A stretch of 64,000 nt of DNA, from positions 180,389-244,388 of the forward strand of contig CBDCVK010000008.1 in assembly GCA_965223005.1 (NCBI GenBank). The letters run 5' to 3'. The position numbers and the translations under genes are program-made. The DNA is from Terriglobia bacterium (lineage in GTDB: Bacteria; Acidobacteriota; Terriglobia; JAJPHL01; JAPKYU01). The notes under the pieces were generated by a model that was not told where the DNA came from, searched no databases, and saw only the letters and a list, made by a program, of their open reading frames with translations. Positions 9,198 through 19,842 of this stretch are shown here, one piece after another. How positions within the stretch are numbered: the stretch's first letter is position 1; each line of letters begins with the position of its first letter.

Positions 9198-11297
9198 GTG
9201 CGCCATTCTCGACTGGTTCTGCTCCTTCTGTTGCTGACCTGGACTGCGCCGCTCTTCTTGCTGGCGCAGGAGGAGCAGCCGAATTTTTATGCAGTCATCA
9301 TTGGAGTTTCCGAGTTCGAATACCTCCCCAAGGAGGAGTGGCTGGATTTCGCCGACGACGATGCTCGGGATTTTTACAAGGTCATTACCAGCCCCCGCGG
9401 CCGGGCCTTTCCACCGGAGAACGTCTTTCTGTTGACGGACCAGAAGGCCAGCTTCTACGCCATCCGAAAGAAGCTGGGCAGCACCCTGGCCAAAAAGGTC
9501 AAGCGGGGCGACACCGTCTACATCTTCATTGCTACGCACGGCATGGTGGAGAAAGAAGTCTCCCGGGAGGGATATCTGCTGGCGCATGACTCGGACCGGG
9601 AAGATCTCTACATCAGCGCGCTGGCGATGAAAGACCTGGGCAATATCATGCAGAGTCGGCTGCGGAAGGCAAGACGCGTCTTCCTGTTTGCCGACGCCTG
9701 CCGGGCGGGAAAACTAGGTCAGGTACAGGGCAGGATCAATCGCTACATTGAAGACGTCAGCAAGAGCGAAGGAGAAACTCTGGGCTTGCTGGCCAGCCGT
9801 CCCAACGAATTTTCCCGCGAAGGGCCGCAGTTTGGTGGTGGCCACGGCGTCTTCACCTACTATCTGCTCAAAGGCATGATGGGGGCAGCTGACGTCGATG
9901 GCGACGAGACGGTGAACGCGACCGAGCTGGTGGATTATCTAGATGAGAAGGTCGAAGAGGCCACCGATAGGCAACAGCACGTTCGGGAATTTGGAACATT
10001 TGAAGCCGAAACTCCCATTACCTTCATTGACAAACCGGGTCCGGAAGACCTGCAATTGGGCCAGTCGCCCCGCCCCAGAGGGACCGAAATCGCCTCGGTG
10101 CAGGTCATCTCGCCAGAAAGTAGCGAAGTTCGCATCGCCTTGCGGCAGGCTCTGCGGGAAGGGCGCTTGCTGGCCCCGTCCGAGGACAACGCCTGGGACC
10201 TGTATCAACGTTACACCCAACTCTCTGTTCCCGAATCTGAGAAAGAAGACGTGCAGGATGACTTGTTTATCGCGCTGGCCACCGCAGGAGACAGAGTGCT
10301 GTCGGCCTACCGGCGTGGCGATCAAGTCATCCGGCTGGATGCGGCGAAGTATAACGAAGGGGCGCAGCTGTACGACCGCGCTCTGGAGCTTGACCCGGAG
10401 GATTTCACGCTTCCTCCCAAGGCCAAATTCATGGCCGGGCGCGCCTTGGTGGAGAGTGGCCGCTACAGAGAGGGAATTTCGGTGCTGCGTGCGGCCATCC
10501 AACTGGACCCGGAAGCGGCGCATTCCTACAACGCGCTCGGCATCGCACATATGAAGCTGGGACAGTGGGATGATGCTCTGGCCAACTTCCTTGCAGCTTC
10601 GGAGCGCGCCGAGAAGTGGGTCTATCCTCATTACAACACAGCCCTGGTTCACATCGCTCGGCGGGGTTGTGGTGACGCGGAACGGGAATTTCACAAAGGA
10701 ATCGAGCTGGGGACCGAGCTGGGCCTGAAGTACTCCTATTTGCATTACAATCTGGGGATTCTGTATCTGGAACAGGGCCGTTATAAGGGAGCCGAGCAGC
10801 AGTTCCGGCGCGCCATCGAAATGGTGCCGGATGACGCGCTGAGCTACTACAACCTGGGACTGCTGTTCGAGCAGCGAGGCGAGATGCGCCAGGCTGAGGC
10901 GTACTTCCGCACGTCAGCAGACCTGGATGCCCGGCTGGTGGAGCCGCGCTTGAAGCTGGCGGAGATTTACCGCAAGCAACGCCGCCGGGAGTTGCAGGAG
11001 TCCATGCTGCGTCAGGCCGTGGCTGGCGATCCCCGCAGCGTGCGGGCCCTGGAGGCGCTCGGCCAATTCCTCCTGGAAGGCAAGAGGCTGGAGGAGGCCG
11101 AGCAGGTATTCATGCAGATGATGGTGAACAATCCGGCCGCGGCGGCGTCCTACTCCTGGCTGGGCGATGTGCACGCCGCCCAGCGAAACTTCCAGCAAGC
11201 CGCCGAAGATTACCGCCAGGGCATGGCCCGCACCCGCGATCCGAAACTCCTCCGTGAGTTGCAAAGAAAATTGCGCTCCGTGGAGAGGAAGAAATGA
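9198..11297 (+). CDS. Secreted caspase-like (peptidase C14) protein with C-terminal TPR repeats
   Basis: Signal peptide; YAVIIGVSEF; His/Cys dyad in ATHG and DACRAG; HGVFTYYLL; many TPRs; GTG 9198 preferred as start. Confidence 0.9.
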   Translation: MRHSRLVLLLLLLTWTAPLFLLAQEEQPNFYAVIIGVSEFEYLPKEEWLDFADDDARDFYKVITSPRGRAFPPENVFLLTDQKASFYAIRKKLGSTLAKKVKRGDTVYIFIATHGMVEKEVSREGYLLAHDSDREDLYISALAMKDLGNIMQSRLRKARRVFLFADACRAGKLGQVQGRINRYIEDVSKSEGETLGLLASRPNEFSREGPQFGGGHGVFTYYLLKGMMGAADVDGDETVNATELVDYLDEKVEEATDRQQHVREFGTFEAETPITFIDKPGPEDLQLGQSPRPRGTEIASVQVISPESSEVRIALRQALREGRLLAPSEDNAWDLYQRYTQLSVPESEKEDVQDDLFIALATAGDRVLSAYRRGDQVIRLDAAKYNEGAQLYDRALELDPEDFTLPPKAKFMAGRALVESGRYREGISVLRAAIQLDPEAAHSYNALGIAHMKLGQWDDALANFLAASERAEKWVYPHYNTALVHIARRGCGDAEREFHKGIELGTELGLKYSYLHYNLGILYLEQGRYKGAEQQFRRAIEMVPDDALSYYNLGLLFEQRGEMRQAEAYFRTSADLDARLVEPRLKLAEIYRKQRRRELQESMLRQAVAGDPRSVRALEALGQFLLEGKRLEEAEQVFMQMMVNNPAAAASYSWLGDVHAAQRNFQQAAEDYRQGMARTRDPKLLRELQRKLRSVERKK

Positions 11298-14200
11298 GCC
11301 GATGCCCCGGAAAACTGTTCCGGATTGTGGTGCTCGGCTTTTTGGTTTGGTTGTCCCCGGATGCAGCGTGGGCCCAATCTTCCCAGGCGATGCTGCTCGG
11401 ACGGGTGAGCCAGGAGACCACCGGCGAGCCGGTCGCCAAGGCGCTGGTGATCCAGCGCAATCTCCAGACCAACGTCCAATCCTACCGGTACACGAACGAG
11501 CAAGGGCTGTATTCCTTCCCCACGCTGCAGCCCGGGACCTATAGCGTCCGGGTGGATGCCCTGGGATTCCGGCCGGAGGAGCGCTCGCCCGTCGAGCTCC
11601 CGGTGGGAGCGCGCCTCGAGTTGAATTTTGCCGTGAAGGGGGGGCGCGGCTCCGCCCACGGCGCCAGCCACGCCGGCAGCGGCCCCTGCCGGAGCCACCC
11701 CAAGCAAGATCCTGGCGCTCATGTACGGGGCCGATGCCGCCGTGCCGCAGGCGGTGATGATCAGCCTGCCGGCGCAGGCCACCGAAACGCTGGTGGCCAC
11801 GGTGTCTAGCCTGATTGATGAGCGGAAGATCCTGGAGTTGCCGCTCTCCGGCCGTGACGTCTACACCCTCCTGGCGCTGCAGCCCGGCGTGACGTCCGAC
11901 AGTGCAACCTCGCGCGGCTTGGGCTTTTCCGTGCATGGGCAGCGCGTCGCCAGTTCTAATTTCCTGCTGGATGGCGTGGACAACAACGACCTGCTGGTGA
12001 CCGGTCCGTCGGCCAGCGTCTCGGCTGACGCGGTGAAGGAATACCGCATGGCCACCAACAACTTCGCGGCGGAGTACGGCCGCTCCTCGGGCTTCATCGC
12101 CAACGCCATCACCCGCAGCGGAACCAACAGTCTGCACGGGAGCTTGTACGAGTTTTTCCAGCACGACCGGCTAAACGCCAATTCCTTCGTTAAACAACCT
12201 CGATGGACTGCCACGCGAGCTGTTTCGGCAGAACCAGTTCGGGGCCTCTGTAGGTGGCCCGCTGCGGCGCGACCGCCTGTTTTTCTTCGGCAACTTTGAG
12301 CGTATCCAGTTTTCCAGCCGAACCCAGCCGTTCGATCTGTTCCTGCCCAGCCCCCAGTTTGTTGACTCGCTGTTCGAGGGCAGCATGGCCAAGCAGTTGC
12401 TGACTCAGTTTCCGCCGCCGCCGGGTGAGCCCATCCCGGGCATCGGATTCGCCGTCAGGCAACAGTTTGCCTTTCCCTCCCCGCAGCGAAACACTTTCGC
12501 CCTGGGACGACTGGACTACAGTTCTGCCGACGGACGGCAACGCCTCAGTGGGCGCTACGCCTTTTCCCAGCAGACGAACGAGGATTTCGTCACCAGCCCC
12601 TATCCGGACCTGAATTCCCCGCTGGTCGTACGAGGGCAAAATTTCGTCACCAACTACACCAGGGAACTGGCCGGCGGCTCTAACGAGCTGAAGTTCGGGT
12701 TCAACCGCAAGAGCGTGCGGACGCTGCGTCCCCACCCGGAGATTCCCACCATCGGCTCCGGGGACGGCATCGCGCTGCCGGGCAGCGAATCCGCATTGGA
12801 CTATTTCGTTCGCGACGCCGTCTTTCATGTGGTGAATAACTACAGCCGACTGAGCGGCAGGCACGCGCTGGGGCTGGGCTTTGAGGTGCGACCGACCCGG
12901 CACGAGTCGCTGCTTTCGACGGCACGCGACGGCTTCTACATTTTCAACAATATTTTCAGCTTCCTGTTTGACGATCCCTCGTTTCTGCTGATCACGCTGA
13001 ACCGGCAGACCGGTCAGGTGGCCCCCGACGACGACTACCGTCGCTTCTACAGCCAGAGGGACTTTGCCGCGTTCTTCCAGGACAACTGGAAGTTGACGCG
13101 CCGGTTAACGCTTAACCTGGGGCTGCGCTACGAGTATTTTGGTGTGCCGGTGCCCCGGGAGAACACGCGCGATTTCAACTTCGCGTTTGGGAACGGGCAG
13201 AATATCGGCGAGCGCATCGCCAACGGCCAGCTCGAAACCGGCCCGGTATTCCATCCCGACCGCAATAATTTTGCCCCCCGCTTCGGCTTCGCCCTCGACC
13301 TGTTCGGCAACGGCAAGAGCGTGCTGCGCGGCGGCTACGGTCTGTTTTACGATCGGGTGTTCAATAACTTCTGGCTAGACGTCCGCAGCAACACCCTCGA
13401 TCTCCACACCCTGGCGAACCTGCCCGGGCTGCCCTTGCAGTTCGAGTACACCTTTCCAGCGGGGGATGGAGTGCGCGAGCCTGGAATGCCCTCGCAGGGG
13501 GTAAACGTTGTCGCGGTGGACCGCGATCTCCGCACGGCATACAGCCAGAGCTGGTTTCTTGGCTTCCAACGGGAGCTGACGCCGAACCTGCTGCTGGAAG
13601 TGAACCAGGCCGGTTCGCTCGGCCGCAAGCTGGCCACCGCGGACGTCATCAACCGAATCTTTTCAATTCCATTGACGGAAGGGAACTTCACTGGCCGCTA
13701 CAATCCCGACTTGCCGGACATCACCTACCGCGCCAACCAGGGCCATTCCGATTACGTGGCTCTGGAAGTGGGGCTGACCCGCCGCTGGAGCAAAGGGGTG
13801 CAGTTTCAGGGTTCCTACACTTACAGCCGCACTAGGGACGTGCAGAGCGATCCCCAGGGGCGGGTCGCTCTCGCTCAAAGGGGCCGACGTCAGCTCCTTT
13901 CTGACCCCTTCTCTACACTTCAGGGCGGTTTCTTCACCCGGCAGTTTGACTCGAGCGCCGACTATGGGCTTTCCGATTTCGACCAGAGGCACAACCTGGC
14001 GATCAATTTCGTCGCCGAGGCTCCCAAATTCCGCGGCTGGCGGCGCGTGTTCGGCCGCTGGCAGGCGGCCGCCCTGGCTGGCTTCCGTTCCGGGTTTCCT
14101 TTCTCCGTCCTCAGTACCGAACTATTCATTCCCCAAAGCGGCGGCCTGCTCCTCTTGAACCGCGCCGATTTCCTGGGCCAGGACCACGACGAAGCCATTC

Positions 14201-14575
14201 TTTCCAACCCTCCTCAGATTCGGGGCGGGGTGGTTCTGCTCGACAAGTCCAAATTCCGCGCGCCCACCGACGGCGCAATCGGTAGCGCTCCGCGCAACGC
14301 GTTTCGCGGCCCCGGCTTTTGGAACGTGGATTTCGCTCTCAGCCGCAGCTTTGCTCTGCCCCCCCCTGGGGGAACAGGGGCGGCTGCAGTTTCGCGCCGA
14401 GTTCTTCAATCTGTTCAACCATACCAACCTGAACAATCCCAACGCCGTCCTGCAATCCTCTACGTTTGGCGAGGCCACCTTTGGCCGGCAGGGATTTGGC
14501 TCTGTGCTGCCGAGTGTTTCTCCGCTCAGCGAGCAACCGCGCCGCATCCAGTTCGGCGTGAAGATCTATTTCTAG
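11294..14575 (+). CDS. TonB-dependent receptor with carboxypeptidase-regulatory-like N-domain (Oar-like), split by three +1 homopolymer indels
   Basis: LPLSGRD, LDGVDNN, AEYGRSSG, QDNWKLT, NFAPRFG, terminal KIYF; breaks at G7 11638-11644, A3 12192-12194, C8 14359-14366. Confidence 0.85.
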
Positions 14576-14637
14576 CCGCCTGCTGGTCAGGGGTATCCGG
14601 CCCCAGTTCAATCAGGTTGGTTCTCGTTCAAGGCAGG

Positions 14638-16029
14638 TTACTGCGACCCAGAGTCTTCGGAACTTGCGTGGGAGACCGGCAGCGCAAAAATGTCCTGGTT
14701 GCAGGAACAGGGAGTATCAGGACCGTTGCCGGTCCAGGCGATGTGGGTCACGGGGGTCGTGGAGGCGACTCCAATGTAGTCGCCGATAAAGGCGGTGCCG
14801 CCCGGCGTGGTCTGGCTTTCTCCGTCAAACGGGGTGTCGGTTACGTTCAGCGACTCCCAGCTTGCGCCGCCATCGCCGCTCCAGGAGTAAGTAACAAAGT
14901 TGAGGTGGTTGCCGGGGTCGCGGCTGCGGTCGTAAAACACCAGGTCCAGCCGGCCATCGGGGCTGGCCGAAATAGCTGGGAAGAACTGCTCGCCTGTGCT
15001 GGTCGCCGTCACCTGCGCCGGCTCCGACCAACGGTCGGTCTCCCCGAGGGCGGCCGTAGAGACTAGCATGGTCGAAACGCCGTCCCGGCGATCGTTCCAC
15101 ACCACCACCAGCCGATTGTGCACTGGAGCGAACAGACCCACAGGAAAGCTGACGACGCGGTAGGTGGTGTTCGGCAATTGCCCGGTGACCGGATTCTGAA
15201 ACAGCGCCACCCGGCGTGGCTCACCAAAACTGCGGCCGCCGTCGCGGGATTCCGCCAGGTAGATGCCGCTAGAGGTCATTCCGGGCTCTTGAGCGACGAA
15301 GGTGACGTAGAGCGTCCCGCCCGGTCCGGTGAACGGCACCGCATTCTGAGTGAAGCCTGCCGGCCAGTTGGTTACCATCGTCGGCGGGGAAAAGCTGTCA
15401 GCCTCCGGTCGCAGATAAGTGAGCAAGACCGAGGGTGTCTCGCTGTTCTCCTGCTCCTGCCCCCAGGCAACATACAGCGTGCCGAAGTGCGGGCTGGCGG
15501 GGCGGGAATCGGTAGTCACAGCCGCGCGGTCCGGCACGTGCCGGTGCGCGGGGCGGTCCCGCTCTTCGCGGTGGCCTCGATAGCCCACCAGCAACCGGGG
15601 CCAGCTCTGGCCGCCATCTTGGGAGACGGCTACCAGTAGGGACGCCTCAAAGGGCGCGGTGATGTTGAAGGCCTGCACAACCGCATAGGCTGTGCCATCC
15701 GGGCCAAAATGGAACGCAGGATCCCCGGCGACCTGGAACGGCCCCTCGCTTCCCACCACGCCCGGGATCAGCGCCGGCGGCGACCAGGTGCGGCCGCCAT
15801 CAAAGGAATAGCTGTAGCCGACCCCCTGCTGCTCTTCCCAATCGTTCCAGCCAGCCAGCAGGTTCAACGGATTGGTGGGGTTGACGACCAGGCTGACCTC
15901 GTTGTCCGTCAGTTGGTCGGCCGAGACGTTGACCACTTCTCCGACACGCGGTGGTGGGGCCGCTGCCACATGGGCCACCAACAGCCCGAAGGCCAACAGC
16001 CATGCGCCGAGGATGCGCCGTCGTTTCAA
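14638..16029 (-). CDS. Secreted BNR/Asp-box (sialidase-like) beta-propeller protein
   Basis: SFDGGRTW, SQDGGQSW, SRDGGRSF, SGDGGASW Asp-boxes; FIGDY near the C-terminus. Confidence 0.85.
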   Translation of the reverse strand: MKRRRILGAWLLAFGLLVAHVAAAPPPRVGEVVNVSADQLTDNEVSLVVNPTNPLNLLAGWNDWEEQQGVGYSYSFDGGRTWSPPALIPGVVGSEGPFQVAGDPAFHFGPDGTAYAVVQAFNITAPFEASLLVAVSQDGGQSWPRLLVGYRGHREERDRPAHRHVPDRAAVTTDSRPASPHFGTLYVAWGQEQENSETPSVLLTYLRPEADSFSPPTMVTNWPAGFTQNAVPFTGPGGTLYVTFVAQEPGMTSSGIYLAESRDGGRSFGEPRRVALFQNPVTGQLPNTTYRVVSFPVGLFAPVHNRLVVVWNDRRDGVSTMLVSTAALGETDRWSEPAQVTATSTGEQFFPAISASPDGRLDLVFYDRSRDPGNHLNFVTYSWSGDGGASWESLNVTDTPFDGESQTTPGGTAFIGDYIGVASTTPVTHIAWTGNGPDTPCSCNQDIFALPVSHASSEDSGSQ

Positions 16030-17408
16030 GGTCTCAGGTCTCTCGCCTTGGCAACGGCAGCCAGGAACCGCGCTACCGTCTCCGCGCCGCGGAAAAAATT
16101 CGACAGGGTGAACTTCTCGTTGGGGGCGTGCAGGTTGTCATCCGGCAAGCCAAAACCCATCATCACCGTCGGAATCTTCAGGTGCTCGCCGAACAGTGCC
16201 ACCACCGGGATGGAGCCCCCCGACCGCACGAACACCGTCTTGCGCCCATACACCTTGGCGAAGACCCTCGCCGCGTGCTTCAGGTAGGGGTTGTCCGGGT
16301 TGATAAGCAGCGGCCGCGCATCGTTCAGGACACGGAGCTTGAGCTTGACTCCCGGAGGCGCCAGTTCCGCCACCCGCCGCTCCAGCGCCGCAATGACCTC
16401 TTGCGGTTCCTGGTTGGGCACCAGGCGAATGCTGAACTTGGCGGTGGCTCGGGCGGGTATCACGGTCTTGGCGCCGGGGGCCACGTAGCCGCCCACGATG
16501 CCGTGAATGTCCATGGTGGGACGGGCCCACATGCGCTCCAGCGGGTCGCGCTTCTCTCCGACCAGCGCCGTCGAGCCGATCTCCTCGGTGCGCATTCGGT
16601 CGGCATCAAAGGGCAGCCTGCGCCAGCTGGCGCGCTCGCTGCGCGCCGGCGGCTGGATGCTGTCGTACAAGCCCGGAATGCGGATCTTGCCGTCCGCGGT
16701 TTTCAACTCCGACAGAACCCAGCAGAGCGCGTTGAACGGATTGGGTGCCACGCCGCCGTACAGCCCGGAGTGCAGGTCGTGCGCCGCCCCTTCCGCCTCC
16801 AGCTCGGCATACACCAGGCCGCGCAACCCGATGCACAGCGTGGGCAGGTCCGGGGCGAACAGCTCGGTATCGGAAACCAGCGCGGCGTCAGCTTGCAGCT
16901 TCTCGGCTGATCGGGCCACGTAGTCGCTGATGGCGGCGCCACCTGTCTCCTCTTCGCCTTCCAGGATGAATTTCAGGTTCAGCGGCAGCCGGCCTGCGGT
17001 GGCCAGCAGCGCTTCGACCGCTTTGAGCTGGATCATCACCTGGCCCTTGTCGTCGGCGGCCCCACGGGCGTAGATGTTCCCGTTGCGAATGGCCGGCTCA
17101 AACGGCGGCGAGTTCCATTCATCCAGCGGGTCGGGTGGCTGCACGTCGTAGTGGCCGTAGCAGAGGATGGTGGGCGCACCCTCGACCCCACTATGCTCCC
17201 CATAGACCAGCGGATGGCCGCTGGTCTCGATCAGCTCCGCGTGCTCGATTCCCGCCTTCTTGAGTGCCTGGGCGACAAACTCGGCGCCCCGCCGCACTTC
17301 GGCCTTGTACTCAGGATTCGTGCTGATGCTGGGGATGCGCAGGAATTCAGTGAGTTCCTGCAGCCAGGCATCGCGTTTTCGTTCGATGTATTGTTGCAGC
17401 GAGTCCAT
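16026..17408 (-). CDS. M20 family dipeptidase
   Basis: YGHYDVQP, RGAADDKG, EGEEE, HAPNE. Confidence 0.93.
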   Translation of the reverse strand: MDSLQQYIERKRDAWLQELTEFLRIPSISTNPEYKAEVRRGAEFVAQALKKAGIEHAELIETSGHPLVYGEHSGVEGAPTILCYGHYDVQPPDPLDEWNSPPFEPAIRNGNIYARGAADDKGQVMIQLKAVEALLATAGRLPLNLKFILEGEEETGGAAISDYVARSAEKLQADAALVSDTELFAPDLPTLCIGLRGLVYAELEAEGAAHDLHSGLYGGVAPNPFNALCWVLSELKTADGKIRIPGLYDSIQPPARSERASWRRLPFDADRMRTEEIGSTALVGEKRDPLERMWARPTMDIHGIVGGYVAPGAKTVIPARATAKFSIRLVPNQEPQEVIAALERRVAELAPPGVKLKLRVLNDARPLLINPDNPYLKHAARVFAKVYGRKTVFVRSGGSIPVVALFGEHLKIPTVMMGFGLPDDNLHAPNEKFTLSNFFRGAETVARFLAAVAKARDLRP

Positions 17409-17513
17409 CCCGCTCCTTTGACGTCAGCATGAAGTTCGGATATTGGCAATCTTCCGCAAACTTCCAGTATACATCCGTCCAGCTTCATTCACCGGCTCAG
17501 GCGCCCGCCCCGA

Positions 17514-17653
17514 GGGCCTCCCAACCATGCCGCGCCTCGTGCAGCGGCACAAGAGCCTTTTCGCTCCTGCCAGTTCACTTTCTGGTTCCCTGGCTGGCTT
17601 CGAGGGGGTCCAGAGCATGATTTGGACTGTGTCCACTCTGGATGGGAAGGCCC
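17514..17653 (-). ncRNA. Candidate structured RNA (multi-stem junction), family unknown
   Basis: Closing stem plus four internal stems; G-U wobbles favour the minus strand. Confidence 0.4.
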
Positions 17654-17672
17654 GGCTTGCGCCGGAGCAGCC

Positions 17673-18251
17673 TCAGCGCTTCGAGCGCGATCGCCCAGGC
17701 TTTCGGGCTCGCTGCCAGAGCTGTTCGCGACACGATTCCAGCTCCTGCTCGGTGACCGCTTTCTCTCGCTCCAGAAACTGAACCAATGCCAGCAGGTAGT
17801 TGCCCAACTTCTGGCGTCCGTCCAGCAGGCCGTTGGCAGCATTCTTCACGTCGGCTGCCGACTGCGGCCCCTGGTAGCGCCGCGCGCCATTGGCCATGGA
17901 ATTCAGGCTCATTTCCAGGTGTTGTATCGCAAGGTACATGTGGAGGGCGGCGCTGAGCCGTATGGGCTCGTCAACCAGGCGCTTCAAGACCGGCTCAATA
18001 TCTGTTATCTGTCGCCGGGTGGAAGCCGCCACCGCCAGAAAGTTCGACGACCCGGGCCCGCGCCAGGCTGGGACCTCAAGCTGGTACAGCGCCGCGCCCG
18101 AGTTATTTAACTCAGCCAGCAGCTGTTCCAGCGCCTGCCGGGCTTCCTGGGGGGCCGGTGCGCTGGAGCCGGCCGGCTCCTGCGGCGGCGCTCCCAAAAC
18201 CATTGCTAGAAGTAGAATTGTGCCGGTCATCGTGGGTAGTAAGCGTAGCAT
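17673..18251 (-). CDS. Secreted alpha-helical hypothetical protein
   Basis: Hydrophobic N-terminal stretch and coiled-coil character; start uncertain (18251 or 18230). Confidence 0.6.
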   Translation of the reverse strand: MLRLLPTMTGTILLLAMVLGAPPQEPAGSSAPAPQEARQALEQLLAELNNSGAALYQLEVPAWRGPGSSNFLAVAASTRRQITDIEPVLKRLVDEPIRLSAALHMYLAIQHLEMSLNSMANGARRYQGPQSAADVKNAANGLLDGRQKLGNYLLALVQFLEREKAVTEQELESCREQLWQRARKPGRSRSKR

Positions 18252-18342
18252 TACTCTGCCCGGTTCCAACAAGCCCAACATGGCGCAAACGCGGATTGGG
18301 CTGCTGAACCCACTAAGTACCGTGTGTTGTCCGCTTACTGGG

Positions 18343-18371
18343 TTGACAACGGCGCCTGGATTGCCTAACCT
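18343..18371 (+). promoter_or_regulatory. sigma70 promoter of the his operon
   Basis: TTGACA-17 nt-TAACCT. Confidence 0.7.
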
Positions 18372-18380
18372 AAACAGGTT

Positions 18381-18449
18381 GTGGCTATCCTGGTCCATCA
18401 CGCGCATCGGACGCATCACCACCCCACGTGTGTGAGCCGGGACGCCTAG
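18381..18449 (+). CDS. hisL: His operon leader peptide (MAILVHHAHRTHHHPTCVSRDA)
   Basis: GTG start, 6 His codons in 9 positions, sits between promoter and terminator upstream of hisI. Confidence 0.85.
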   Translation: MAILVHHAHRTHHHPTCVSRDA

Positions 18450-18476
18450 CAGAAGCAATTTTTCGAAAAGCAGAAG

Positions 18477-18510
18477 AGGCCCGGCGGCAATAACGTCGGG
18501 CCTTTTTGTT
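18477..18510 (+). terminator. Attenuator terminator of the his leader
   Basis: aggcccggcg-gcaataa-cgtcgggcct then a T run; gccgggacgcct (18436-18447) can pair with the 5' arm as antiterminator. Confidence 0.85.
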
Positions 18511-18521
18511 GGATACGGAAC

Positions 18522-18923
18522 ATGAACCTAGACTTTTCCAAGCTGGACGGACTGGTGGCGGCCGTGGTCCAAGACAGCGCCTCCCGCGACGTGCTGATGG
18601 TGGGCTTCATGAATGCGGAAGCTTTCCAGCGCACACGCCAGACCGGGTTTGTCACCTTCTACAGCCGCACCCGGCGCTGCCTGTGGACCAAAGGCGAAAC
18701 CTCCGGCCACCGCCTCGCGGTCGACGAGATTCGAGTGGACTGCGACCAGGACACCGTAGTGGTGCTGGCTCGCCAGACCGGCACCGCCACCTGCCACCTG
18801 GGCTACCGCAGCTGTTTCTTCCGACGCCTGGATGGCGAGGCGCTGCTGGAGATTGAGCGCCCGGTGATTCCCTCCAACGCGCCGGCAGCTTCGGACCCGA
18901 AGACAGGAGAAGTACGCTCATGA
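18522..18923 (+). CDS. hisI: Phosphoribosyl-AMP cyclohydrolase
   Basis: [28 protein letters not shown]; no HisE domain. Confidence 0.95.
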   Translation: MNLDFSKLDGLVAAVVQDSASRDVLMVGFMNAEAFQRTRQTGFVTFYSRTRRCLWTKGETSGHRLAVDEIRVDCDQDTVVVLARQTGTATCHLGYRSCFFRRLDGEALLEIERPVIPSNAPAASDPKTGEVRS

Positions 18924-19789
18924 AACTGCGGCTGGGCATTCCCAAGGGCAGCCTGCGAGAGGCCACCGTGGACCTGTTCGGCCGCGCCGGCTACCGGATC
19001 CAGGTCAACCCGCGCTCCTACTTCCCATCGGTGGACGATCCGGAGCTGGAGCTGATGCTCATCCGCGCCCAAGAGATGTCGCGCTATGTGGAAGACGGCG
19101 TCCTGGACGCCGGCCTGACCGGGCACGACTGGATCCTGGAGAACGAGTCCGACGTGGTCAAGATCGCAGACCTGATTTACGCCAAGCAAAGCTTCGGCAA
19201 GGTGCGCTGGGTGCTGGCCGTTCCGGAAGCTTCCGCGGTCAGGGACCCGCGCGACCTGGAAGGCAAGATTGTCGCCACCGAACTGGTCCGCGGCACCGAG
19301 CGCTACCTGGCCTCCCACGGCGTGAAGGCGAAGGTGGAATTTTCCTGGGGCGCCACCGAGGTGAAACCCCCGGTGCTGGCCGACGCCATCGTCGAAGTCA
19401 CCGAGACCGGTTCGTCTTTAAAGGCCAACAACCTGAGGATCGTGGATACGGTGCTGGAATCGAACACTCAACTTATCGCCAACCGGCTGTCGTGCGCCGA
19501 TGCCTGGAAGCAGGGGAAGCTGGAGAGCATCCGGATGCTGCTGGAGGGGGCCATCGAAGCCTACGGCAAAGTGGGGCTAATGCTCAACGTGCAGCAGCAA
19601 GACCTGGAGACCGTGTTGACACTGCTGCCATCGCTGCGCGGGCCCAGCGTCTCGCCGCTGAGCGAAACGGGGTGGGTGGCGATCAACACAGTCCTCGATG
19701 AGCGGGTAGCCCGCGACATCATCCCCAAGCTGCGACAGGCCGGGGCGCAGGGGATTGTCGAGTACCCGCTGAACAAGATCATCGAGTAG
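18920..19789 (+). CDS. hisG: ATP phosphoribosyltransferase (long form)
   Basis: PKGSL, GATEVK, ETGSSL, C-terminal regulatory domain. Confidence 0.95.
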   Translation: MKLRLGIPKGSLREATVDLFGRAGYRIQVNPRSYFPSVDDPELELMLIRAQEMSRYVEDGVLDAGLTGHDWILENESDVVKIADLIYAKQSFGKVRWVLAVPEASAVRDPRDLEGKIVATELVRGTERYLASHGVKAKVEFSWGATEVKPPVLADAIVEVTETGSSLKANNLRIVDTVLESNTQLIANRLSCADAWKQGKLESIRMLLEGAIEAYGKVGLMLNVQQQDLETVLTLLPSLRGPSVSPLSETGWVAINTVLDERVARDIIPKLRQAGAQGIVEYPLNKIIE

Positions 19790-19795
19790 GTGGAA

Positions 19796-19823
19796 ATCCG
19801 CAGATTGCGAGAAATCTGCGGAT
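19796..19823. repeat. Palindromic intergenic element, ATCCGCAGATT family, copy 1
   Basis: atccgcagatt-gcgaga-aatctgcggat; related copies at 24141 and 31321. Confidence 0.75.
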
Positions 19824-19842
19824 CTAAGAATTCCTTGAGCCA

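Noticed and set aside
14367-15066. C-terminal part of ORF 12385-15066
   Set aside because: Out-of-frame run-on after the C8 indel; the real receptor end is KIYF-stop at 14575
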